DNA of 24,636 bases from a virus. Lineage: Duplodnaviria > Caudoviricetes. Position numbers and translations under genes: made by a program. The stretch spans positions 1-24,636 of IMG/VR virus record IMGVR_UViG_3300025018_000517, one strand, 5' to 3'. The notes beneath the pieces were generated by a model that searched no databases, had not been told where the DNA came from, and worked only from the letters and a program-made list of their open reading frames with translations. Of the stretch, positions 1 through 9,418 are shown piece by piece; the first letter of the stretch is position 1, and each line of letters begins with the position of its first letter.

Positions 1-1450
1 TTGATGAAGTCGCTTCGACTTTTAAGCAAGCATTAGTCGCACCCATTGGCACAGGAATTTCGTAATATCTCCACTCTCCATCGCTTGATACAGGCTTAGA
101 AAGCGATGAGATATCAACCGAGTCAATTCGAGGATAAACAACTACATCAGCTTGATCGGTCTTAATCCATCCTGAAGCTTTGCCTTGCACTCCATCGACG
201 TTCGATGAGTTGCCACAGACAATGACGTTGCCCGTAGACGCTAAAAAGGCGGCTCTTAGAAAGGAGGTGTTATTAGGAGTCGCCATAACCCCTGTAGTTT
301 GTTGAGATGCTGTACAACTTGCACAGGTTGCCTCACTAATAGCTTCTTCAAACGATGGATATCTTAAAAGGTTTAACGCTTGGGGGTTGGCTCCAAGCTT
401 TACGCTGTTGCCATTATCGTCAATCTTAACAACCTCCCCGATGCCATTAGGATTAAGCGATATATTGCCGTTAATATCAGTCGATGAGATTTCGTTGCCG
501 TCAATTGCAATATTATCAACCGCTAGAGAGCCTGTGATGGACGCTGCACCTGTTTGTGTCGAGTCGCCATCTACCTTTAAGGCATTAGCTAGACCTGACT
601 GAGTAACAGCTATTCCTGCATCCGTGGCGCTGTTTGCAATAACATTTAGCTGCCCATTAACGCCATGTGTTTGAGTTCCTGCACTTGCCCCAAGAGTTAA
701 TTTACCTGTGACAGCATCAGCATCAAAACACTCAACGCCGTTACATTCCATTGAGATGCTTCCGGCATTACCGCTCTTTAAACGGAGAACGCCGGGGAAA
801 GTAGCATGTTCGTTGCCGTAAGTTGAAATACCTGAGCCGCGAGTGATATCTGTTCCGCCGCCTCCCCAAAGGGAGGTGTTTGAGCTATCAGCGCCGTCTG
901 TTGTTGATGCTAGAATATTGAAGCCGCCGTTAGTGTGGCGAATGTTTCCTGCATCTGTTAGTTCTAAATCAGACTCTTGGATTAACTTTCCTGTCGTTCC
1001 ATCAAACCTAGCTATGCGGTTATCTGTGACGCTTGCAGGGCCATTCACGTTACCAGCTAATTGCTGCCAATTTAAGGGGTTAAAGCTTGCGCCTGATGTG
1101 AAATTGCTTAGGGCTCTATAAATAAGATTATCATCAGCTAGCCAAACAACGTCACCTGTTGAGTAGCTAGTTAAAGCTTGCCATTGAGCAATGCCGCCCC
1201 CACCGCCTCCGATTGGTTGCCAGTTAGAGTTTGTAATCCCCCCAACTAGGGCATAATGAATGCCATCCGCAACAACATAGACAATAAGACCCTCATATCT
1301 ACGGAGAGAATCTAGGGCATCTCTAGCCGTTGTGTTGGCAACGCTAAACCTGTTGTCAATCGGAAGCGCAGTATTAACAGAGAAGTTTGAGCCAAGCTGA
1401 ATTTGCGCTTGAATACTAAAAGAAATTAAAAATAAGAGGATAAATCTCAT
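1..1450 (-). CDS. Tail-fibre/adhesin-like protein with predicted signal peptide (3'-partial, at least 483 aa; missing from the ORF track)
   Basis: Manual translation from ATG 1450 gives MRFILLFLISFSIQAQIQLGSNFSVNTALPIDNRF..., open to the window edge. It contains a CBM5/12-like module (WQALTSYSTGDVVW...YRA...NW), fibre motifs (GPASVTDNRIARFDGTTGKLIQ; VDNIAIDGNEISSTDINGNISLNPNG) and a CBM4/9-like LNLLRYPSFE domain. Confidence 0.85.
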   Translation of the reverse strand, partial: MRFILLFLISFSIQAQIQLGSNFSVNTALPIDNRFSVANTTARDALDSLRRYEGLIVYVVADGIHYALVGGITNSNWQPIGGGGGGIAQWQALTSYSTGDVVWLADDNLIYRALSNFTSGASFNPLNWQQLAGNVNGPASVTDNRIARFDGTTGKLIQESDLELTDAGNIRHTNGGFNILASTTDGADSSNTSLWGGGGTDITRGSGISTYGNEHATFPGVLRLKSGNAGSISMECNGVECFDADAVTGKLTLGASAGTQTHGVNGQLNVIANSATDAGIAVTQSGLANALKVDGDSTQTGAASITGSLAVDNIAIDGNEISSTDINGNISLNPNGIGEVVKIDDNGNSVKLGANPQALNLLRYPSFEEAISEATCASCTASQQTTGVMATPNNTSFLRAAFLASTGNVIVCGNSSNVDGVQGKASGWIKTDQADVVVYPRIDSVDISSLSKPVSSDGEWRYYEIPVPMGATNACLKVEATSS

Positions 1451-1452
1451 TA

Positions 1453-2775
1453 TTACCTCGAAAATGTGAAGTCCGTTGTTCCGGCCGTCACAGGATTATT
1501 AAACTCATAGATATTATAACTAACTGGTGACAAATCTAAACCTGTTATATTTTCGACCCTTAGCGTCCAGCCACCAATAACTTCAAAACCGTTTTCATCT
1601 AGAATTGAAGTCAAAACACCGTATGAGGCAGGATATGCAAAATAATAAACCTGTCCGGCCGTAGTTGTGAAACTTCGATTTAGACTTGCAGTTGAGTTGA
1701 TAATGTTTTTCGATAAGCCAGCAACGGCTGCGGCGCTAAGACCAACAGCTCCAGCGCCAAAATAATACGGATAAACAAAGCTATAAGTTAACGTGTTTGA
1801 GGTGACAACGGTTGGCCCGCCGCTTGTGCCATCATCGGTGACCTGAACTGTGAAGCTAATATTGTCCGAAAATGGTACCGAATAGGGTGCAGTCGTTATG
1901 CCTGTGCCAGTGTTTGCTGGAGGTGCATCGTCTTGGATTGATGATGCGCCCTGAAAGAATTGAATCCTGACAATATCATCGCTTCTTTTTGTGACGTTTG
2001 CCGAAAGTGTTACAGATGAAACCGAGTCACCTTTTTCTCTAAGAATATTGCTTGAGCCCGAAAGGCTGACTTGTGGGGCAAGGTAGGATAAGTCTAGTAT
2101 TTTTTCTAATGTGTCCCTAAGGCCAGTGCTTGAAAACGACTCAGTAAAGCGGGCAGAATAACCGCTAAAAGCCATTTGATCCCACTCGGCAGCGCCGTCT
2201 ACCGATGAAAGCTTAACAATAGTTGAGCCAGCATCACCGCCGGGGGGCAAACCGCCACCCGAACCACCGCCAGAAGCTGAAGTGGAAACAATGACCTTAT
2301 CAATTTTAACTGATCCGGTGACAGAACTGCCTTTAATTAAAATCTCGTTTACAGATCCAAGGTTTTCAAAACGAATATTAAGAATCCCCCAATCGCCAGT
2401 GCCTTCGTAAATATTACAAGTTCCCTCAATTGAATCAACTACGGGGCAAAGAGATATTGTAGCCGCAGATTTAACCGCCACTGAACCAAAAACCTCTTTT
2501 CCAACTAAGCCGCTAGGGATAGGAAAAATTTGCCTAACATCAAGATTTTCAGCCGCTAACGTAACCTCCATAGCTCTACTAAGATCAAATACGTCATTGC
2601 TAATTATTTGAACCGTTCCATTAGTTACAGTCCAGCCGCCTCGACCCTCTTCAAAACTAGGGTTTACTAGCATATTTAAGCCAGTAAAATATTGTGCATC
2701 GGCCGGGGTTGGTGCCGATTTGGCACTTAAACCTATTAAAAATAAAACTGTTAAAAGTGTAAAATATCTTAGCAT
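1453..2775 (-). CDS. Virion-associated/fibre-like protein with predicted signal peptide and a CBM4/9-like N-terminal domain
   Basis: N-terminus MLRYFTLLTVLFLIGLSAKSA; NMLVNPSFEEG motif; Gly linker; Ig-like middle region; C-terminal YPYYFG...YFAYPASYG.L..I.DENGF domain of the kind seen in phage tail modules. Confidence 0.75.
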   Translation of the reverse strand: MLRYFTLLTVLFLIGLSAKSAPTPADAQYFTGLNMLVNPSFEEGRGGWTVTNGTVQIISNDVFDLSRAMEVTLAAENLDVRQIFPIPSGLVGKEVFGSVAVKSAATISLCPVVDSIEGTCNIYEGTGDWGILNIRFENLGSVNEILIKGSSVTGSVKIDKVIVSTSASGGGSGGGLPPGGDAGSTIVKLSSVDGAAEWDQMAFSGYSARFTESFSSTGLRDTLEKILDLSYLAPQVSLSGSSNILREKGDSVSSVTLSANVTKRSDDIVRIQFFQGASSIQDDAPPANTGTGITTAPYSVPFSDNISFTVQVTDDGTSGGPTVVTSNTLTYSFVYPYYFGAGAVGLSAAAVAGLSKNIINSTASLNRSFTTTAGQVYYFAYPASYGVLTSILDENGFEVIGGWTLRVENITGLDLSPVSYNIYEFNNPVTAGTTDFTFSR

Positions 2776-4229
2776 TACGCCCCCAAATTTAATTCAAAAG
2801 AGCCAATAACAAGCTTCGCATCTCCGGCTGCCGATACGGTTTCATTTGCGACATCACGGTAAATTTTGACCAAGATTCTATCGCCGCCCTGTACTTGCTG
2901 AGATTGAAGAACGCCTGCGCTGTTTGTGATGTCGATATCACCAATGTCCTCTAGCTCATCAATAACGGCTGGAGCCGTTGATTCGGTATTGGTTGAGTCA
3001 TATGGCGTACCAAGTGACCCTAAATTAGTTAAATCACCTCTTAAAAGCCATGATTGAGCTTTAAAGAAAACATTGCCGGCACCGACATCGCAAGCAAATT
3101 TAGCAAACTTTAAAGTTATGGGGTTTCCTGCTTCATGGAAGTCTGGAACGGTTACCACCGCATAAATTTCTTGAGAATCGAATTGATTAAATTTTTCTAC
3201 CTTAACGCCGTTAATGTATTGTGTAACAGGAGCTAGTCCAGCCGATTTGTCCCAGATGATGCCACCACCACCAAAACTAGGAGCTGATGGCCCTAAGTTT
3301 GTATAGTTAATTGCCCCAGTGCCGTAATATTCAATAATAACTACGCCTGCACCGCTGCCGCCAATAGATGCGCCAACATTAATGGCTACGTCGAGATTGG
3401 GTAGGGCTGCCTTTGTTATAAATGACCGAGCATAGCCGCCACCACCACCGCCAGCCGATGATCTTCCAGCCTGAACTAAACCAGAGCTTCCTCCGCCATA
3501 ACCAACCAAACCTATAACCGCGCTTCCTGCCCATCCCGGTGCGCCACCGCCAAGCTTTGACCCGCCACCTTTTCCGGCTAAAATATCGGTTCCTGCGCCT
3601 CTTGATGCGCCACCTCCGCCATCACCTCTTATTACTAAGTCTCCAGTGCCTTCTCCGCCAGCTCCGCCCCTTCCATTATTAGGTGTAACATCGCCAAGCG
3701 TGTCGCCACCCTCTCCGCCTTCACCGATAACAAGTGATCCAAAAGAGGTGCCTTCACCGTTTTGTTTTCCTGTTCCGTCTGTTGCGCCGCCAGCACCACC
3801 GCTTCCAACACAAATAACTCTCATAGCTACCGCATCTGCTGGGGCATTCGCCCAAGTAAAACTAGCCACATCGGTGGTTATGATTTCTTGGCTAAGATAG
3901 CGATAGCCATTAATTAAAGCATCCTCAATGTCTTTAGCCGTTAAATATTGCGAAATATTGTCAACTGTGCCGCCCGATACGGGGGCATCATCGGCATCAT
4001 AAAGTTCGAACCTATAAGTCCCCTTAATAAAAATAGGGCCTGTTTCAGGTTTTCCGGCAGCGTCTAGTATTATTGGGTTAGGGTGAGCTACAGACGCGCT
4101 TGGATTGGTGTATATCGGTCTAGGAGTTGTTGTGCCTGCATCGTAGGTGTAAAGCTTGCCCCCTGCCAGAGGATTGCCATCATTGTCAAAAAATTGCTGA
4201 TAATGTTGGACATATATTGCTGCGCTCAT
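2775..4229 (-). CDS. Tail fibre/tailspike with podovirus virion-attachment N-terminal domain and Gly-rich domain
   Basis: QFFDNDGNPLAGGKLYTYDAGTTTP...NPIILDAAG is a typical podophage tail attachment domain, followed by a Gly-rich region (VGSGGAGG...GGGGGGY...GAGVVIIEY). Confidence 0.85.
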   Translation of the reverse strand: MSAAIYVQHYQQFFDNDGNPLAGGKLYTYDAGTTTPRPIYTNPSASVAHPNPIILDAAGKPETGPIFIKGTYRFELYDADDAPVSGGTVDNISQYLTAKDIEDALINGYRYLSQEIITTDVASFTWANAPADAVAMRVICVGSGGAGGATDGTGKQNGEGTSFGSLVIGEGGEGGDTLGDVTPNNGRGGAGGEGTGDLVIRGDGGGGASRGAGTDILAGKGGGSKLGGGAPGWAGSAVIGLVGYGGGSSGLVQAGRSSAGGGGGGYARSFITKAALPNLDVAINVGASIGGSGAGVVIIEYYGTGAINYTNLGPSAPSFGGGGIIWDKSAGLAPVTQYINGVKVEKFNQFDSQEIYAVVTVPDFHEAGNPITLKFAKFACDVGAGNVFFKAQSWLLRGDLTNLGSLGTPYDSTNTESTAPAVIDELEDIGDIDITNSAGVLQSQQVQGGDRILVKIYRDVANETVSAAGDAKLVIGSFELNLGA

Positions 4230-7066
4230 TGATTTTCTTCCTCTGGGGCTACCGCTTCCCTAGTTGTGCTCATAATCCAAGAATCTATCCTTTGTACTGC
4301 TCTTATTTTATCAGCAATTGGAGCATTTGATCTAGCCATCATTAAGTCTTTAAACATTTGGGGGTTTTCTATTGCTTCCTGAAGTAATTTTGTTGATGAA
4401 TCTAAGTTAATTGAATTAAAAATCTTCCCAAATAGGTTGGATATCATTCCGGGTATTTGAATTGCTCCTGCTCCGCCCATTTGCTTTGAGATGCTTGACC
4501 CTACCTTTGCGCCAATTATCTTGGATGGTAATGCTGATGCGTAACCTATGACATCCTCAACTGGCGCTGTTCTTGATTTTGTCCTAATAGACTTTTCAAT
4601 CAACTCAAACTCTCTGGCTATTTTTTCAAGTCGGTTAAATTCTTTAGGCCCAAGCATTTCTTTGAATGCTCCGCGCTGCTTTAGTGATCCAAAAACAATT
4701 TTTGAAAGTTTTTTTGGGTTTATGCCATTTTCACCTGAAGCGGACATGTTAATGTGTTCAATGACGCTATTTTTCAGCGCCTGATCTACCTCTGGAGACT
4801 TAATAGCGAAATTCTTAAGCCTTTTTGCCGTTTCTACTGGCTTTTGAGATTTTAAAATATTGCTAATCTCTTTTTCGTCAGGCGCATTTAAAAATCTTGC
4901 AATTGAAGAGTCTGGAGATTGAATCGCTTTTTCCGCTCTTTGTGCTTGCGACTCAACTTTTCTTAATTCCTCGCTTTTTCCTAAGAACTCTTTAGCTTCT
5001 TCAGGCATTCCCGGTCTTTGATTTTTTCTTGTACCCTGAGTCCATGAAAGTGTATCGTTCAGTCTTTTGTTAAGTTGTTGAGCATCTGCGCCAGACTGTA
5101 TTCCCCATTTTATATCAGCTTTAATATCGGGAAAATTGTCGAGAATATCGGCGTTATTTGTTAAAAATCTTTTGGCTGCTTCGGGTTTAATTTTGCCGCC
5201 CGATATTGCGCTTCTTGAAAATTGCCCTAAAAGATAATCTCTGGCAGCTTTCATTGAGTTATCCGTGCCCGAAGCTTTTTGAATAGATTCAATTCCCATT
5301 TGGCCCGGAATGCCACCAATTCTAACTATTTCTTTTAGAGTTGTTCTAGGGTCTGGTCTCGCACCCTCTCTTCCAAATCCAATAATCTTTCCTACTGGGC
5401 CATCATGAAACGTCTTTCTTAATTCAAAAGAGTAAGCCAGAGCGGAATCAATAGCCTCATCAATAGCTTTATCTGAACCCTTTGCACCATCTAAAAGAAT
5501 ATCTCTAACATTACCGATAATATTAGCTTTCCTCATTGAGCCTTCTCTCATGCTTTTTACTAACTCTTCTCCAAAAAGGCTTCTTTGAGATAAAATATCA
5601 TCAATTTTGACGTTTTTCTTTACCCATCTGCCCTTTCCATTAATCAAAGAGCCAAGATCCTCCATTTTTGAGATCATCTCTTGTTCAGGGATAGTTAATT
5701 TTGAAATGTAATTATTTAGGCTTTTTCGGATATTATCCATTTTAACTGGTTTTTTCTTTGATACTTCCTTCCAGATTAAATTCTCGAGATTTTTGGCGGT
5801 TTCGTAAGAATTCATTAACTCTTGATTTAAAACCTTCGAAGCCTCAGACTCTCGCATTGAAGGTGAAAGTCTTTCAATGGCTTCTTCCGCTCTCTTGGTT
5901 GCATCGAAAGCTTCTGTCTGTAAAGACATTTCAATTTGATCTTTAAACTTGTTTAAATCCTGTTTTTTTGCTAAAACCTTACCCCTTGAAATATCCTTAA
6001 GCTCTCCAATTCTTTGCTGCATTGACCTTTTGACCATTTCTGCGCCGCCAGTATCAACCGAAAGCATGGATTCTAAGTTCTTTTTTGCGTCCTCAAGTCT
6101 CTTTGTTCTTTTTGCTGCAAGTTCTGGAAATCTTTCAGGATTAGCCAGAGAAGCTTCAAGCTCTCTAATGCCATGATTGTCCAGCATATCAGTCCAGCTT
6201 AACCCGGATATAGATTCATCGACATTGCTTAAGTCAATATTTTCTAAGCCTATTTTGCTTAATTGCTTTTGTATTCTTGGGGTCGATCTGGCAACTCCTC
6301 TACCTTTCCCCCATTCTGCAATCTTCTGCACAGAATCACCCAGTGCGCCGGGCAATTTGTCGGCAATTGCAGAACTAGATTCGGCTACTTTTTCAGCAAC
6401 CAAGGCACCCGGAGAAATTTTTCTAAACAAGTTAAAAGCTTTATTCCCACCCTTAATGGCGGTAGATGCTAAGCCCGGAGCGGATACAGCTCCGGCAATG
6501 CCCCCAATTAGCTCCCCTGTTTCGCCACCCTCTCTAGCTCCAATATCACGACCGAAACCCATGCCAGCGCCAGATAAAACCTCCAGAGCGGCGGCGGTTT
6601 TTGGTGCTTCTCCGATACCAGATAAAACATTGCCAAAGTATTTTCCGATTTTTGGTAACTTAGAAAGACCGCCCATCGCACCCAAGGCGTATGGAGCCGA
6701 ACCAATAACATCTCCGATGCTTTCGGCTACCCTTCCAGACATATCACTTGGCTTAAATGGTGAAGCTATATCGAAACCCAAAGCTTCTTGAGAAAGCTTG
6801 TTTAAACCCCTTATTGCCGTTTCTGATGGCTGTTGTTCGTAGGTGCTAGGCTTACTTAAGCCAAGAGCTTCAGATCCAGACTTGATTAAGTCGGCTGGGG
6901 TTGATGCACCCTTAATTAAGCCTCTGCCAAAATACTGTGCAGCGTTTGGCTCCATTTCGGCAACCAAGCTTTTTTCAAGCTCTTTACTTAAAACATCAAC
7001 GGCTTCCATATCTCTTGCCTGAGCCGCTCTTTTTAAAGCCTCTTTGAGTTGGTCTGTGGTTGCCAT
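4226..7066 (-). CDS. Large DNA ejection/internal virion protein (P22 gp16 position)
   Basis: 946 aa, predicted helical, with Gly/Ala-rich hydrophobic stretches near the N-terminus. It is the last gene of the ejection cluster, before the tail fibre. Confidence 0.7.
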   Translation of the reverse strand: MATTDQLKEALKRAAQARDMEAVDVLSKELEKSLVAEMEPNAAQYFGRGLIKGASTPADLIKSGSEALGLSKPSTYEQQPSETAIRGLNKLSQEALGFDIASPFKPSDMSGRVAESIGDVIGSAPYALGAMGGLSKLPKIGKYFGNVLSGIGEAPKTAAALEVLSGAGMGFGRDIGAREGGETGELIGGIAGAVSAPGLASTAIKGGNKAFNLFRKISPGALVAEKVAESSSAIADKLPGALGDSVQKIAEWGKGRGVARSTPRIQKQLSKIGLENIDLSNVDESISGLSWTDMLDNHGIRELEASLANPERFPELAAKRTKRLEDAKKNLESMLSVDTGGAEMVKRSMQQRIGELKDISRGKVLAKKQDLNKFKDQIEMSLQTEAFDATKRAEEAIERLSPSMRESEASKVLNQELMNSYETAKNLENLIWKEVSKKKPVKMDNIRKSLNNYISKLTIPEQEMISKMEDLGSLINGKGRWVKKNVKIDDILSQRSLFGEELVKSMREGSMRKANIIGNVRDILLDGAKGSDKAIDEAIDSALAYSFELRKTFHDGPVGKIIGFGREGARPDPRTTLKEIVRIGGIPGQMGIESIQKASGTDNSMKAARDYLLGQFSRSAISGGKIKPEAAKRFLTNNADILDNFPDIKADIKWGIQSGADAQQLNKRLNDTLSWTQGTRKNQRPGMPEEAKEFLGKSEELRKVESQAQRAEKAIQSPDSSIARFLNAPDEKEISNILKSQKPVETAKRLKNFAIKSPEVDQALKNSVIEHINMSASGENGINPKKLSKIVFGSLKQRGAFKEMLGPKEFNRLEKIAREFELIEKSIRTKSRTAPVEDVIGYASALPSKIIGAKVGSSISKQMGGAGAIQIPGMISNLFGKIFNSINLDSSTKLLQEAIENPQMFKDLMMARSNAPIADKIRAVQRIDSWIMSTTREAVAPEEENQ

Positions 7067-7072
7067 TTTACC

Positions 7073-8161
7073 TCAATCTATAATCAAATACTGTTTTAAA
7101 ATATCGTCAACTTGTCTTTTTGCGGCTTTTTCTACATTTGTAGGAGTAGTTCTGCTTGATGGATTAAATTTCTCCTCAGGTTGAGTACCAAAAAAATAAG
7201 CTCTCATTGTATTTAATCCAGCCATGTTTTTATTCGCTTCTTTTCTTGCGTTTGTATTCAAAACGCCGCTTTGAAGCTGTTGCTGCAAGTTGAGGATTTT
7301 GTTTGTTAAGTAATCATCTAAGCCTTTTAATTCAATTTTAGCCATCTCCGGAGTCTTAAAGAGACCCGGTTTTAATGAGCTAAATCTCTTTCTTACGTTT
7401 TCGAGTTCTTGAACACCGACCCTATCTGTTTGCGCCAAGCTTTCAAAGAAGTTTTCAGCGTTTTTGATTGCGCTTTCGGCTTGGATTTTTTGCTCAGACG
7501 GAGAAATCAGGCCACCAGTTAAACCGCTTAGATAGTTTCTAATAGTTCCGGGCACAGCTTGATATCCTGTTGCCTCTTGTACTGCCTCGCTAACCGTTGT
7601 TTCTGGTACAGCGTACCTATTTCTTTTTGGGGCACTTGTTGATTGTTTTACACCATCGCCGCCCACCCTTCTTTTTTTGAATAAAGGCGAGCCGGGCACC
7701 TCTTGAAGAACAGTGTCGCCAGACTCGGTTAAAACTCTAGCAAATCTGGTATTTGCCTCTCTCATTTGATCTATAGCTCTTTTCTGTGCCTCCATTGGGC
7801 TTAATCCTTGATTAGTAAGCTCTTTAAATAGAACATTGCCAGTTTGTGCCCAAGAGCTTTTCCCCTCGAATGGCAAAAAAGAGCTGCCTTTAAGTTTATC
7901 TCTTTCAAGTTTTAACTTGTCCCTAGATATGTCTAGACCCTGTCTTTTTAAATCTAAAGCCTGTTCTTTTAAAGGCTTATCTAGGTCATAGCGCTCTTGA
8001 TCCCTAAGCATTTTTTCTACGGCTATATCCATTTGGAATTGATCTAAGCCTTCTTGCCTTTCTCTATTAAGGGATCTTTCTTTTTCTTGAATATATTTAT
8101 CCGTTGCGCCGCTTAAAGCTTGTCCAAATGAGTAAAATGGAACTTTGTTAAAAACGCTCAC
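7073..8161 (-). CDS. DNA ejection protein (P22 gp20 position)
   Basis: Synteny between the gp7-like and gp16-like genes; coiled-coil N-terminal half. Confidence 0.6.
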   Translation of the reverse strand: MSVFNKVPFYSFGQALSGATDKYIQEKERSLNRERQEGLDQFQMDIAVEKMLRDQERYDLDKPLKEQALDLKRQGLDISRDKLKLERDKLKGSSFLPFEGKSSWAQTGNVLFKELTNQGLSPMEAQKRAIDQMREANTRFARVLTESGDTVLQEVPGSPLFKKRRVGGDGVKQSTSAPKRNRYAVPETTVSEAVQEATGYQAVPGTIRNYLSGLTGGLISPSEQKIQAESAIKNAENFFESLAQTDRVGVQELENVRKRFSSLKPGLFKTPEMAKIELKGLDDYLTNKILNLQQQLQSGVLNTNARKEANKNMAGLNTMRAYFFGTQPEEKFNPSSRTTPTNVEKAAKRQVDDILKQYLIID

Positions 8162-8976
8162 TTTTTACCACCATAAAGTGCGCCGCCAAAACCAAGTAGA
8201 CTTCCAAGCATTTGATTCTCATTGCTCATCTGAGCAATTTCTGCTTCGGCTGCAGTTTGTCCTTTTTTGCCGTATAGATCACCAATTCCTAGTGCAGATT
8301 GAAGCCCCATATTACCAAGCCCAGCAAATTGCTGGTTTTCAGCAAGCCAGCGATTGAAAGCTTCATTGTAATTTTGATCTGCTAAGCCCGTGGCAAATCT
8401 TGCTGCTTCTTTTGCCGCTTTACCTGACTGGCTCATTCCCGATGCTGCCAATTTATTACCAATAGCCTTTTGGCCCTCTTCTAGGGAAAATTGATAGCCG
8501 GGGTCATTCATCATTGATTCTGGGTCAAAGCCTTGACCGATGCGATTAGCATAGTCTTGCATTCCCTGTAGACCAATTTGAGAATATGGAGAAAGTTGGG
8601 CTTGTGCTTGCCCGTATCCTTGCTGCGCCATAGCAGAAGCCTCATCCATTCTGCTATTATCTAAAAACGACTTTCCAAGTCCAACGCCGCCAGCTATAAG
8701 CATTGCCGTCATTGGATCAAAGAATTCCTCTTCACCTGTTTCGGGGTTAACTTTGGCATCGTCAGAACCTACCATAAACTCCATAGGGTTTAAGCCAGCT
8801 TGTTTAAATTCACCCATCAATGCTTTTAAAAGACTTGGGTTATTTTCAAGAATTCTGCGAGGGATAATCATCTCGCCATCTTCAGTGTGAGACATATTAG
8901 AGTCACCATAGCGACCCATATCTGCTCTAGGGTCATTTTTAGTGCTTCTTTTGCCCGATAAAATTTCTGATATCAT
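8158..8976 (-). CDS. DNA transfer/pilot protein (P22 gp7-like) with an extra N-terminal domain
   Basis: LSPYSQIG...DPGYQFSLEEGQKAIGNKLAASGMSQSG..AK gp7-like core; Gly-rich hydrophobic ends. Confidence 0.8.
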   Translation of the reverse strand: MISEILSGKRSTKNDPRADMGRYGDSNMSHTEDGEMIIPRRILENNPSLLKALMGEFKQAGLNPMEFMVGSDDAKVNPETGEEEFFDPMTAMLIAGGVGLGKSFLDNSRMDEASAMAQQGYGQAQAQLSPYSQIGLQGMQDYANRIGQGFDPESMMNDPGYQFSLEEGQKAIGNKLAASGMSQSGKAAKEAARFATGLADQNYNEAFNRWLAENQQFAGLGNMGLQSALGIGDLYGKKGQTAAEAEIAQMSNENQMLGSLLGFGGALYGGKK

Positions 8977-8984
8977 AAAACCGC

Positions 8985-9416
8985 CTAAGCGAAAGGGTTG
9001 CCGATAAATCTCATTTGCTGTTGATTTTGTGGATTTTGCCCTTGTTGTGATTCCATTAATTGTCTTTGCTCAAGTTGTGCCGGGCTATAGTTTCCAGACA
9101 AGGCGCTTAAAAAATCTTGTTGAGGTTGCATCATTCCTTGGCCGCTATAAAACTGTCCCATTCCGGGTTGTTGCTGCATAAGCTGAGATGGCTGATTGTT
9201 AAGCTGGCCCCTCATTTGAGAGGCATCTAATTGACCTGATTGATTAGAATCATCGCCACCAAAGCCCATCATATTTAACGGATTAGTATTGATTCCAAGA
9301 GCCCTAGAGGCAAGTCCGGCCGGGGAATAGTCATAAAGCTTTGCACCTAAGTCACCTACCCCCGAAACGATGTTACCCAAACCTGAAAGGGCACCAGATA
9401 TAGCTTTTCCAAACAT
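8985..9416 (-). CDS. Gln/Gly/Met-rich low-complexity protein, possible additional ejection protein
   Basis: AAGGAG RBS; amphipathic Gly-rich N-terminus; Q-rich C-terminal part; lies in the ejection gene cluster. Confidence 0.6.
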   Translation of the reverse strand: MFGKAISGALSGLGNIVSGVGDLGAKLYDYSPAGLASRALGINTNPLNMMGFGGDDSNQSGQLDASQMRGQLNNQPSQLMQQQPGMGQFYSGQGMMQPQQDFLSALSGNYSPAQLEQRQLMESQQGQNPQNQQQMRFIGNPFA

Positions 9417-9418
9417 GA

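Noticed and set aside
387-1121. Plus-strand ORFs 387..602 and 843..1121
   Set aside because: They are antisense shadows of the long minus-strand gene 1..1450.
3300-3800. Gly-rich GGC/GGT repeats as a collagen-like or DGR variable region
   Set aside because: There is no Gly-X-Y periodicity, no template/variable repeat pair and no reverse transcriptase. It is an ordinary Gly-rich fibre domain.
3646-8357. Plus-strand and alternate-frame ORFs, including Pro-rich 3646..3900 and the 204-aa 6177..6791
   Set aside because: They are shadows of the tail fibre and ejection genes. The Pro/Ser richness mirrors Gly codons on the coding strand.
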